From positions 500,944 to 564,943 of the forward strand of contig CAWDLW010000008.1 in assembly GCA_963803145.1 (NCBI GenBank): a DNA stretch of 64,000 nt, read 5' to 3'. The translations under genes and the position numbers were made by a program. Positions 51,785 to 61,819 of this stretch are shown one piece after another. The stretch is from Methanotrichaceae archaeon. Its GTDB lineage: Archaea > Halobacteriota > Methanosarcinia > Methanotrichales > Methanotrichaceae. Position 1 is the stretch's first letter. The number at the start of each line of letters is the position of its first letter. The notes under the pieces were generated by a model. The model worked only from the letters and a program-made list of their open reading frames with translations, made no database searches and was not told the origin of the DNA.

Positions 51785-51901
51785 AGTCGTATATCTGCTT
51801 GACTGAAAATCGAGGTTCGTAACGAGCTATGAAGAACTCAACGAATTCATTCTGCAGAGTCTAGGTTCAAAATAGGTTTTCATCTATTCAGATGCGCGAT
51901 T
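51785..51901. mobile_element. 117-bp MITE with IS1-type ends (right copy)
   Basis: Ends AGTCGTATATC...GATGCGCGATT; shares TTGACTGAAAA, CGAATTC and TTTTCA blocks with the left copy. Confidence 0.7.
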
Positions 51902-52267
51902 GATGAAACGTAAATCGTCGAAATAGAAAAGATACTGTTTTTAGTTCATCCTCAGCAAAGATAAGTGAGATATCTTATAGTCTAAGTAGAAGTCTTGAGA
52001 ATTCTGAGAATCGCCTAGTCCAAAAGGAATCGAGAGCGATCTTAGTAGAGAAGATGGAAATCTGACCGTTAGGACTCTAATAACTTCTAAAGGCTATTAA
52101 AGACAGTAACATAGAGTATCATGGCATTCCCATAGGGCGGCGTTGGAACTGTTCATAGCATTCATGAAAACTTGAATAAGATGCCTTTATAGAATCACTT
52201 TCGCCATAGCCACCGCAAAAAGACATATATCTAATAATTCAATTGTATAACTTAGAGGTAGCATGCT

Positions 52268-53092
52268 ATGCTGACGAGCGGAGAGAAGGGGATACTTTTC
52301 CTCATGAGTAGTAATAAAAGCGAAATCTCGAAGCTCCGCCTTGTAAAGCTTATGTTTTTGATTTCAAAGCGAATACCGCTTTATTACTTTATACCTTATA
52401 AATATGGGCCATTCTCCTTTCAGCTTTATCACGACTTATCGAGATTAGAAAAAGACGGATTTGTTTCGATAGATGAGGATACCATCCGCTTAGTAAGACA
52501 CGATATTCCCACAATCGACTTAAAGACTAAAAACATAGTACGGATGAACTGCGAAAAATTCTCTGCCCTAAATGATAAGACTCTGCTGGACTATATTTAT
52601 GGGAAATATCCCGAATACACAATATTCAGCCTCTATCAGAAAAAAATGAACTACAGCAAAAATTCCGCTGGCATTACCACCATAGGCTACGAGGGAAAAA
52701 CGATCGATAAATTCCTGAACGAATTAATAACAAATAAAATAGATGTGATCGTGGATGTTAGGAAAAATGCCTACAGCATGAAGTTTGGGTTCCAGCTCAA
52801 TAAGCTGAAGAATTATTTGGAGAAAATCGACATAGATTATATTCACATGCCTGAGCTAGGCATTCCTAGCGAACTGAGGAAAAATTTAGATACATACGAA
52901 GACTACCAAGCCCTTTTTGTAGGCTATAAGAAAGAGCTTGACACAAAAACAGATCACTTAGAGAAAATAAAATCGATAAGCCAAAGTAAAAAAGTATCTT
53001 TGATGTGTTTTGAGAGAGATGCTAAATACTGCCATAGAGGGATAATAGCAGAACGGCTTAGAGAAGGCGGAGTCGAGGTAATCGACTTATGA
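52268..53092 (+). CDS. DUF4065/SocA-like wHTH fused to DUF488 domain
   Basis: LVKLMFL...PYKYGPFS N-terminal domain; TIGYEG, VDVR, SMKFGF, ELGIPS, LMCFE...CHR. Confidence 0.88.
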   Translation: MLTSGEKGILFLMSSNKSEISKLRLVKLMFLISKRIPLYYFIPYKYGPFSFQLYHDLSRLEKDGFVSIDEDTIRLVRHDIPTIDLKTKNIVRMNCEKFSALNDKTLLDYIYGKYPEYTIFSLYQKKMNYSKNSAGITTIGYEGKTIDKFLNELITNKIDVIVDVRKNAYSMKFGFQLNKLKNYLEKIDIDYIHMPELGIPSELRKNLDTYEDYQALFVGYKKELDTKTDHLEKIKSISQSKKVSLMCFERDAKYCHRGIIAERLREGGVEVIDL

Positions 53093-53916
53093 CCTGGGAA
53101 AAGAAACGGATATTAGTAACAGTAACCGCTTATCCCGAGAAAAGCAAGAAATACGGCCAAGTTGTCTGCACTATTGGTTTGACAGATGAAGGAGATTGGA
53201 TTCGACTTTATCCTATACCATTCAACGTTTTTTCTGGACAAGGCAAACTTAGAAAATACGATTATATCGAAGTATATTGTAAAAAAGCCGAAGAGAAATT
53301 AAGTAGGAAAGAAAGCTATCGAGTCAGGGACGGATCTCTAAAAATCGTAGATCGAAGCCTTAGCTTAAGAAAAGTAAAAGGCCAAGCAGACTGGCTGGAG
53401 CGCAACAAGCTCCTGCTAGGCCATGTTGCACCTTCCCTTGAATATCTCAAGGCTAAATTCAATGAAGATAGGACTTCAATTGGACTTATAAAGCCTGTAG
53501 AGGTTTTCGAATTTTATAAGGAAGGCGAGCTTCAGATTTATGGGGATACAAAGGTATTCCAGCAATCTCTTTATGGAACTAAGGTTCCTGAGATAGAGGA
53601 GATCCCTCACCTTTTTGGTTATAGGTTCAGATGCAATGGATGCCTAGAAGGGGGAGAACATAACATTCAATGCGAAGATTGGGAACTTTTTGAGTCCTAT
53701 AGAAGATGGGGGATGCAATACGGCAATGTAAATTTGCTTTGGGAGAAACTGCAAGATACATATTATAGATCTATGATGGATAGAGACCTTTACTTTTATG
53801 TAGGAACCTTTTCTCAATTCCCTACTTGGTTGATTGTGGGTTTGTATTATCCACCTAAACAGCTAAAGAGGCCACAAAACCGCACGTTTGCTGAACTGTT
53901 TTCAAGCAATATTTAA
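53089..53916 (+). CDS. DUF488-associated protein (possibly OB-fold)
   Basis: ATGA overlap with previous gene; AYPEKSKKYGQVVC, WIRLYPIPF, RKESY, EDWE, GLYYPP. Confidence 0.8.
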   Translation: MTWEKKRILVTVTAYPEKSKKYGQVVCTIGLTDEGDWIRLYPIPFNVFSGQGKLRKYDYIEVYCKKAEEKLSRKESYRVRDGSLKIVDRSLSLRKVKGQADWLERNKLLLGHVAPSLEYLKAKFNEDRTSIGLIKPVEVFEFYKEGELQIYGDTKVFQQSLYGTKVPEIEEIPHLFGYRFRCNGCLEGGEHNIQCEDWELFESYRRWGMQYGNVNLLWEKLQDTYYRSMMDRDLYFYVGTFSQFPTWLIVGLYYPPKQLKRPQNRTFAELFSSNI

Positions 53917-53951
53917 ATGAATTCAAAGAATTCACGATATATTAGCTCAAG

Positions 53952-54245
53952 ATGAAAACTCTAGGCGAAATAGAAGCCGCTTTAAAGAAGGAAATGCCTG
54001 TATTAAGGGAGCGATTTAAGGTAGAAGAGATCGGCATATTCGGCTCTTTCGTACGAGGAGAGCAGAAGGAAACCAGTGATATCGATATTTTGGTAGGTTT
54101 CTCAGAACCTATCGGTTTGATCAAGTACGTAAGCCTAGAAAACTATCTGAGCGACGTATTAGGAGCCAAAGTGGATCTGGTCGCTAAGACTGGCCTTAGA
54201 AAACGTATAGAGCAGGAAGTCCTAAAAGAGGTCGTCTATTTATAA
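53952..54245 (+). CDS. Minimal nucleotidyltransferase (MntA-like antitoxin)
   Basis: IFGSFVRGEQKETSDIDILV, KVDLV. Confidence 0.9.
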   Translation: MKTLGEIEAALKKEMPVLRERFKVEEIGIFGSFVRGEQKETSDIDILVGFSEPIGLIKYVSLENYLSDVLGAKVDLVAKTGLRKRIEQEVLKEVVYL

Positions 54246-54326
54246 ACAATGATTAGCCAAAGTAATGAAAAGAATCCTACAGGCAGCTGAGATAATCGAG
54301 AAGCTTTTCTTTGGTCTTAAAATTCT

Positions 54327-55535
54327 GGTCGTGTATGAGAACTACTGAATCGGTGCTCTCCAAGTCATCAGCTCCCACATAGTCCAAATATGATCAGTAA
54401 TCAATTCAAACATAGCTGGTGTCTGAAATATCCATTTTTTCGGATTCGGATCGAATCCCACCTCTTCCATATCAAGATTTATTTCTAGTTTTAGCGAATC
54501 GTGTGGCTTGACAAAATTATACCAAGCCTGGAAAAAATCAACACATCAGCATGGATTTGCCTATCTTTGCTGAAGTTCATGGTTTTGCGTATGAACCTTG
54601 CAAGATGATTCCTGAATGTGAGGTTAATTCTCTCAGCGTAGGCTGTATGAATATGTCCTTTTGACGTTGGACAAAGCAGTTCTATCACTTCTTTGGTATC
54701 TCCATAAATGATTCGCTGAGACATGCCAACTACTTTGTCATTGGCTTTATTTTTTACAATTTGGGCATATTTTAAATCAGGAGGTGGAACCAGCACCGGA
54801 TTAGGTTTTCTTCCAATACCTTTGTATTCTAGCATCTCCTTGATGCCGTAGACTTCAAGAAGTGCGTTGGCAAATGCGTCCCAATCATCGGATACGAATA
54901 CAGGAAGCGGAGAACCCATCGCTCTTTTCTGTTCTAGCTCTGTAAATAGAGCTATAGCGTCTTCTATAGTTCGACTACCTTCGTGATGGCAAATTAGCAA
55001 TCGTGATTCAGCACTCGTTGCTGTCAGGCTATATACATCACCGACGCCATCTGGATCATGTGTGCTGACATTTTTTTGTTTTTTTACAGAATGTCCATAT
55101 TTCGTCTATCTGCACTTGGGTAAGGTGAAGATCGTGCAGGAAGTACTCATTTACCTCCTGACAATGCTTTGCAGCCCTTTTAAGCCATCGGCAGATTGTA
55201 TTTTTATCGTAGCCTGTAGCTCTTGCAACTCCACGAATACTGCCTTTCTCAACAAGCTGGGATAGAGCCTTCAGAACTTCATCATCAGGCGTATTCAGCC
55301 CAAAAAAGATTGTCCCGCGAGTCTCACTGAAACAATGACCACATATCCTGCATTTCAACATTGCTCGATCATTCTTTCCATAACGTTCTTTTATCACTAT
55401 GTTGCCTAAATCTCTCTTGCCATAATCTGAGCAACCGTCATAACAACACCAATAATTGGCCAAATTAATTTCTGACATCTATTATGTCATTATACTATGC
55501 ATTTCATACTATTTCTTTTATGCGCATACACGACC
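54327..55535 (-). mobile_element. IS1-family insertion sequence (1209 bp)
   Basis: 11-bp TIR GGTCGTGTATG; 8-bp TSD AAAATTCT. Confidence 0.92.
54342..55478 (-). pseudogene. IS1-family transposase: InsA-like (55056..55478) joined to InsB-like by -1 frameshift; extra frameshift near 54540
   Basis: Zn finger + HTH, QIDEIW, A7C slippery site at 55078-55085, SDDW, ERINLTFR; YNFVKPH and TPAM lie in a third frame. Confidence 0.8.
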
Positions 55536-55910
55536 AAAATTCTTCACGCAGCCCTTTTTGTAATCCTCGACTCCTTCGAGGATGCCTGAAACCAGATCAC
55601 CTTTTTCTTCCGCTTCAAAACCGCCCTTTCCTTCAAGGGGCCTTCTACTCCGTGCCATCATATTTGAGTTGCCTTTGAATATACTTTAAGGATTTGGTCT
55701 GGATAATCTTCTGCTAAGAACGAAAGTAAAACTAACTCGGCTTAAAATTCTAGTCTTACCTTGGATTAGCTTTATTTTCCAAGAACAACCCTAACTACTG
55801 GATAGATGCAGTCGATAATGATAATGATAATAGATAGGACTTACGCAGTTGAACCCGTAGGCCATAAGCAATCGAGACCGGTTCTAAAATAGGTGTATAG
55901 ACGCAGGGTA

Positions 55911-57301
55911 TTATGATCCCTGCGCATTTCTCCAGATGTATCCAGTTACGCCTTCAGATACGTAATCTTGAGGAATAGTTGGATCCGTGTTGTAGAAGTG
56001 ATCTCCATTTCGACTGTCGTAGAAGCGATAAAGTGGCGTAGTTCCAGATAATTGGGATGCAGCGATATATCCGGTAATACCCTCGGCCACATAACCTTGA
56101 GGAATAGCTGGGTCGGTGTTGTAGAAATGATCCCCATTTTGACTGTTGTAGAAGCGATAAAGTGGCGTAGTTCCAGATAATTGGGATGTGGCGATATATC
56201 CGGTAATATCCTCGGCCACATAACCTTGAGGAATAGCTGGATCCGTGTTGTAGAAGTGATCCCCATTTTGACTATTGTAGAAGCGGTAAAGTGCTGTAAA
56301 GGTATGTTCATTTGGAGTGGGGGCCGGAGTGCCTGAGTCATTAGTCCAGATGTATCCAGTTACGGCTTCAGATACGTAATCTTTAGGAATAGTTGGGTCC
56401 GTATTGTAGAAGTGATCCCCATTTTGACTGTTGTAGAAGCGATAAAGCGGCGTAGTTCCAGATAATTGGGATGTGGCGATATATCCGGTAATACCCTTGG
56501 CCACATAACCTTGAGGAATAGCTGGATCCGTGTTGTAGAAGTGATCCCCATTGATAGTATTGTAGTAACGATAAAGTAGCGTGGTTCCAGGTAGCCGGTA
56601 CTTAGCGATGTATCCAGTTATACCTTCGGACGTATATCCAGGAGGGGTGTCCGGTTTCGTGTTGTAGAAGTGATCCCCATTTTGACTGTCGTAGAAGCGA
56701 TAAAGTGCTGTAATAGAATCAGTCACAGGGGGATTGGTACAGCCGTTAATTTGGTGAAGGACAATCTGTATGGGATTCAGTTGAATGGTCCAAGAAAAAA
56801 TTTACTTTCACTACGTAATCCGTATTGAGCCAGAGACATTTTAAAAATATAACTTTCTACGAGACCTGAACCTACAGAAATGCTCTGCCCTGGCGATCTA
56901 TCACCTAGTGAAAGTAAATCTTGATCCAGCGACTCGAAATCGGGTGATGTAATTTTTAACACTTCGTAACCATAGGGTGGGGTATAAATTTGAAATCCTG
57001 TATAAGCTTTATTTCCATAACTGATTGAAGCCATTATCTTAGAACCATAATTATAGAGACCTATATTCAGCTTATAATCAGGTATAGCACTAGGACCGAC
57101 TATAATCATGCTCATTGGAGGCCCATATTTCAAAAAATCGTAGTTATACATGATAGGTTGTGGCGTATAAGATGGTGTAATTTCCTTATCTTCGCATTCT
57201 ATGCATAAGCATCCATGGATACTAACTGAGAGCATAACACTGCTAAAAATAGCAAAAAATTTAAGGGTATTTTTGAGTTTGCCCATAATTATCCCCACCA
57301 T
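55911..57301 (-). pseudogene. Secreted protein with six LYRFYN..GDHFY repeats (DUF5648-like), split by a frameshift near 56795
   Basis: Signal-peptide ORF 56777..57301 and repeat ORF 55911..56726 join across a T6 run. Confidence 0.7.
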
Positions 57302-57467
57302 CTCTTAACTATTAGTAATAATTGAGTCAACATTAATCGTAGAGCTATATAGCCCTTACTATACAGGACTTATGCAGTTGGTATGCAGTTGGATTTACAG
57401 TGAATGAACAGGCCGGAGAATGAATATAAGTGCTTATTGCATGATGTATGATTCTACGCATAGATTT

Positions 57468-57530
57468 AAAGTAGATCTGGCCACTAATGGCCTTAGAAAA
57501 GGTATAGAGCAGAAAGTCCTAAAAGAGATC
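57468..57530 (+). repeat. Degenerate copy of the MNT gene 3' end
   Basis: Aligns to 54168-54233 (TGGCCTTAGAAAA.GTATAGAGCAG.AAGTCCTAAAAGAG). Confidence 0.8.
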
Positions 57531-57656
57531 AATCTTCAAAAATTCAGTTCCGACTAAAACCATTGCTACGGTCTTAATTTGGGCATAACGCAGACTGCAG
57601 TTGCATTCGCTGGCTCAAGGAATATCTATAATAGGGTTTATCACAATTTTTAGGCC

Positions 57657-58634
57657 ATGAAGATAGTTGTGGCAGATCCAGTACCTATGAATGAAAAATA
57701 CAAGCGAAAGCTTGGAACCTTTGGGGAGCTGGAAGTATTCGATGGCATGCCTGCATCAGCTAATGATTATGCTGAAAGGGTTAAGGACGCAGAGATACTT
57801 TTAGTGGGAAAGGACTTCGTCTCTCGTGATGTATTCCAGCATGCAGGCAACTTAAAGATGATTTGCGTTTGTCATACAGGCTATGACAATGTCGATCTGG
57901 AGGCTGCCACAGCTCGCGGCATAATAGTCTCTAACGTCCCTAATTATGCCTCTGAAGCAGTGGCTGAGTTCGTTTTTGCCGTTGCTCTGGATCTCTTGAG
58001 GAAGATTGAGGTCGCTGATGTCATGGCGCATAAAGGTGAGTTCGATGACCACTACTATGTCCATAACCGACTTTTGGCTGGCAAGACCATCGGAGTAATT
58101 GGCGCTGGGGATATCGGCAGGAGAGTGATGCAAATTGCCCACACATTCAACATGAATGTGATTTCAACAACGGCACACCCAAGCTCTGAAAGAGAAGCGG
58201 AACTGGGAGTGAGGTTCGTGCCACTGGATAACCTTCTGACAGAGAGTGATATAATAACTTTGCATGTTCCTCTATCACCAAAGACTAAGCATATGATAGA
58301 CATCCGAGAGCTGAAGCTGCTGAAACCGACTGCAATCCTGATAAACACCTCCCGGGGTAAAATCATTAACGAGGATGCACTAATAGAAATACTCCGGAAT
58401 GAAGCGATAGCTGGGGCTGCTCTGGACGTCTTTGAGAAGGAGACTTTAAAGGCGGACAGCCCTATGATGAAGCTAGAAAATCTTGTCCTTACACCTCATA
58501 TAGCCTATTTATCTGAAGAGACTACAGATAAGTGTGCTAGTATTGTTACAGAAAACGTGGAGATGTTTCTGAAAGGCAATCCTCAGAACGTGGTTAATCC
58601 CGGTGTGCTTGGGAAGGGACAGCAGCAAAGCTGA
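57657..58634 (+). CDS. D-isomer-specific 2-hydroxyacid dehydrogenase
   Basis: TGYDNVD, GAGDIG, INTSRG, LDVFE, TPHIA. Confidence 0.93.
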   Translation: MKIVVADPVPMNEKYKRKLGTFGELEVFDGMPASANDYAERVKDAEILLVGKDFVSRDVFQHAGNLKMICVCHTGYDNVDLEAATARGIIVSNVPNYASEAVAEFVFAVALDLLRKIEVADVMAHKGEFDDHYYVHNRLLAGKTIGVIGAGDIGRRVMQIAHTFNMNVISTTAHPSSEREAELGVRFVPLDNLLTESDIITLHVPLSPKTKHMIDIRELKLLKPTAILINTSRGKIINEDALIEILRNEAIAGAALDVFEKETLKADSPMMKLENLVLTPHIAYLSEETTDKCASIVTENVEMFLKGNPQNVVNPGVLGKGQQQS

Positions 58635-58690
58635 TTGGCACTATGAGACATCTAGCATCATGCTGAGATAGCCTCTCTTTCAAAACACCC

Positions 58691-59215
58691 TTACTCCTTC
58701 ATTGCATCCATATAATAATCATAAACCCTTTTGCTAAAACAGACAACTATCATCTCAATTGAGCCGTTCCTATCCAGAAATGCTCTCATCTCCCTGACAG
58801 CTATCTTGGATGCTCGCTCTGTCGGAAACCCATAAGCCCCAGTGCTGATAGAGGGAAATGCTATGCTTTTTATCCCGTGCTTTTCCGCCAGATCAAAGCA
58901 GCTTCTGTAGCATTTGGCCAGAAGCCCATCCTCGCCGCTGTTCCTGCCATGCCAGATAGGTCCAACTGTATGAATTACCAAACGCGCAGGCAGCCTGTAG
59001 CCCTTTGTAATCCTTGCCTCTCCTGTTGGACAGCCTCCGAGCTTTCGACACGCCTCAAGAAGCTCAGGCCCTGCTGCACGGTGGATCGCGCCATCAACGC
59101 CTCCGCCGCCGAGAAGCGAGCTATTGGCAGCGTTCACTATGGCATCCACGCTCATAGTAGTAATATCGCCCATTACTACTGCAATTGTGCCTTTGCCCAC
59201 CGAAAGGTTATTCAT
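58691..59215 (-). CDS. Macrodomain O-acetyl-ADP-ribose deacetylase (YmdB-like)
   Basis: GDIT, VNAANSSLLGGGGVDGAIH, ISTGAYGFP. Confidence 0.93.
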   Translation of the reverse strand: MNNLSVGKGTIAVVMGDITTMSVDAIVNAANSSLLGGGGVDGAIHRAAGPELLEACRKLGGCPTGEARITKGYRLPARLVIHTVGPIWHGRNSGEDGLLAKCYRSCFDLAEKHGIKSIAFPSISTGAYGFPTERASKIAVREMRAFLDRNGSIEMIVVCFSKRVYDYYMDAMKE

Positions 59216-59548
59216 ATCCCTAAATTATATGCCCCAGATAAAAGGTTTTCTTATCATACTATTTCCCTATTACCGCTCTTCCAGGGAGCTTTTAACTACT
59301 TATATTATGAAAAATGCTATCTCATTTTATTAAAATAGTAATTCGCACTTTGAATAGGACATGCACAAATTATGCCTTTGGATATCGTTTAAATAACTTC
59401 AATTGTATAGCGGTTATGGATCAATCGGGCAGTGGTGAGGAGATTCTCTTATTGAAAGACATATCATTTTTTTGGACTATATATATTGCATAATTTCAAC
59501 AGTTAAATTTATATATGTGTAAGCGCTTATAAATATTGGGGTAATAAA

Positions 59549-59965
59549 GTGGTTGAAGGGAGCTTTAAACAGCCACATATTTTACTTGCTGAAGACGATG
59601 CAACAAATCAGAAAGTAGCCATGTTAATGCTAAAACGTCTGGGCTACAATGCCGATGCCGTTTCTAATGGCCGCGAGGCTATCCAAGCCACTAAGCGCCA
59701 GAAATACGATCTTGTTCTTATGAATATAGTCATGCCTGAGATAGATGGTCTGGAAGCCACTAGAGAAATACGCAAGCTCGGCCAAAATGGGCTGAAGATA
59801 ATAGCAATTACTGCATACGTTTTTCCAGGTGCCAGGGAGATGTGTATGGATGCGGGAATGGATGACTATATCCCCAAGCCTGTGAGGATCACTGATCTGG
59901 CTAATGCAATAGAAAAATGTAACCTATATACCAGCAAATGTCCACAGATGCAAACTAACCACTGA
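59549..59965 (+). CDS. Stand-alone receiver domain (phospho-Asp replaced by Asn)
   Basis: AEDD, LVLMNIVMPE, TA, KP. Confidence 0.88.
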   Translation: MVEGSFKQPHILLAEDDATNQKVAMLMLKRLGYNADAVSNGREAIQATKRQKYDLVLMNIVMPEIDGLEATREIRKLGQNGLKIIAITAYVFPGAREMCMDAGMDDYIPKPVRITDLANAIEKCNLYTSKCPQMQTNH

Positions 59966-60061
59966 AGCCATTATCATTTTTTTAGCATACGCAACATTTA
60001 TAAAGAATAACGTTTCATTCTGATAAATACAAATGATCGCATAGTATGCGGTGAGGTTCTG

Positions 60062-60442
60062 ATGGGTTGTGCAGATAGCAAACGTTTATGCGTACTCCTT
60101 GCAGAGGATAACCTAGTTAACCAGAAAGTAACCCAAAAGATGCTTAGGCATCTAGGGTATAACTCAGATGTGGCTGCCAATGGCATTGAGGCATTGCGGG
60201 CCATGGAAAATCAATTTTACAAAATCATTTTGATGGATATACAGATGCCTGAGATGGACGGCATAGAGGCGACTAAGATCATCCGTCAACGCTGGCCCGC
60301 AGGACCGAAGATTATAGCTATCACGGCCTATGCTCTGGATTACAGCAGAGAGACGTGCCTGGAAGCAGGCATGGATGACTATATTGCCAAGCCAGTGAAA
60401 ATGGATGAGCTTGCTGATGTGCTGAGAAGACATCTGACATGA
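60062..60442 (+). CDS. Stand-alone response regulator receiver domain
   Basis: AEDN, ILMDIQMPE, TA, KP. Confidence 0.92.
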   Translation: MGCADSKRLCVLLAEDNLVNQKVTQKMLRHLGYNSDVAANGIEALRAMENQFYKIILMDIQMPEMDGIEATKIIRQRWPAGPKIIAITAYALDYSRETCLEAGMDDYIAKPVKMDELADVLRRHLT

Positions 60443-60500
60443 ATAAGCTCCTAAGCAAGCCTTAAAGATAAAAATGGGCATTTTCATTTTGGCCGATATC

Positions 60501-61658
60501 CTAATTGGATGCCATTCTGCGCATCAAGGCCATTATCCCTGGCTTCCCACTCCTGGCACTGGCAGGCCCCGGTCCAAGACCGAACATTTCCATGCCTGAT
60601 GACCCAAATAGCTCCTTATTGAACCTGTCGTTTATCTCGTCAAATATCCTCTTGTAAGCGACGCAATGTGGGTCAACGCCTTTGATCTCACCATCGGTGG
60701 GGGCTATGGCATTGTAGGGACATCCGCCCCGACAGTACCTGATATGTTTGCATCCTTTGCACGCCTGATCAACATATTCCTTAAACTGGAACATGAGCTT
60801 CCATGCATAAGACTGAGCAAGGTCTTCCTTGCTTGGATGGTCGTGGACATTTCCCATAACATATTTGGGCATGCCTATGAAGCGATAGCATGGATATATA
60901 CCGCCATCAGGCCCAACTGCAAAAGTGTTCCCCATACAATCCGCGTAGGTACAGACAGTGCCCCGGCCCGTGAATACGCATCTACATAGATCATTGATAT
61001 TTCTGATTTCAATCCTGTCAATGTTCTCTAAATATTGATCAAGAAGATATACCAGCAATTCTCCATACTCTTTAGGATCAAGTGCCCATTTTTCGGGATT
61101 TTGGTCGCGTAAGGATGGCAATGCTGGATGCAATTTAAGTGTTTGACCATTTTCCAGGAAATACTTGAAAATCTCCTCCTTGAACTTCACAGACTGTGAT
61201 GTAAATGTGCAGATGAATTGTACCCTGAGGCCGTGGGCTTTTGCAATTTCATAGCCCCGCATGGTCTTTTCGTAATATCCTTTTCCTCTCTGTAGATCAT
61301 TAAGCTCCTGTGGTCCGTCCAAGCTGGAACCGATAGGAATATCATGCTCCGCAAGAACCTCCGCCAGCTCTGGTGTGAGCCTCCAAAGATTGGTTTGCAA
61401 TGCAAAAGCGGGCTTTAGATGGCTTAAATTCTCAGACAGCAGCGGTAAAGCTTTGCGATAGAAATCTGCACCTGCAAGGAGAGGTTCGCCGCCGTGAAAC
61501 GTAAATGTAACTGAATCATTCCTGAAATCCTTGAGCCATTCTACAACTTCGTTAATCGTATCAATGCTCATTATAGGAGATCGTTCCTCAGAACTCCAGC
61601 AGTAACTACAATGAGAAGGGCAGCCCAGAGTGGGGATGATCATAACGTGAAAAGGCAT
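60501..61658 (-). CDS. Radical SAM/SPASM peptide-modifying enzyme (TIGR04083-like)
   Basis: CPSHCSYC, FHGGEPL, SPASM CYRF...CKGCKHIRYCRGGCP...HC. Confidence 0.9.
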   Translation of the reverse strand: MPFHVMIIPTLGCPSHCSYCWSSEERSPIMSIDTINEVVEWLKDFRNDSVTFTFHGGEPLLAGADFYRKALPLLSENLSHLKPAFALQTNLWRLTPELAEVLAEHDIPIGSSLDGPQELNDLQRGKGYYEKTMRGYEIAKAHGLRVQFICTFTSQSVKFKEEIFKYFLENGQTLKLHPALPSLRDQNPEKWALDPKEYGELLVYLLDQYLENIDRIEIRNINDLCRCVFTGRGTVCTYADCMGNTFAVGPDGGIYPCYRFIGMPKYVMGNVHDHPSKEDLAQSYAWKLMFQFKEYVDQACKGCKHIRYCRGGCPYNAIAPTDGEIKGVDPHCVAYKRIFDEINDRFNKELFGSSGMEMFGLGPGPASARSGKPGIMALMRRMASN

Positions 61659-61819
61659 TTTAACTACACCTTTAGCTATACCTCTATTGACCTTCCCAGA
61701 ACCATTAAAGCATTAATAGTTTTCCCGCAGCCTTTAGCATTAACACAAATAGAAAATTCATCCTGACCGCAATTTAGAAGTAGTCGAAATATGTTAATAT
61801 AATTATTGAAGGTGATGTT

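Noticed and set aside
50630-51901. Flanking repeats as integron attC sites
   Set aside because: No RYYYAAC/GTTRRRY boxes or integrase; IS1-like ends and TSD explain them better.
54448-54469. GGATCGAATCCCACCTCTTCCA as a tRNA 3' end or att site
   Set aside because: Lies within IS1 transposase coding sequence; no T-stem or cloverleaf.
55911-56726. Near-identical repeats as a DGR template/variable pair
   Set aside because: No reverse transcriptase; differences are not adenine-specific; ordinary intragenic repeats.
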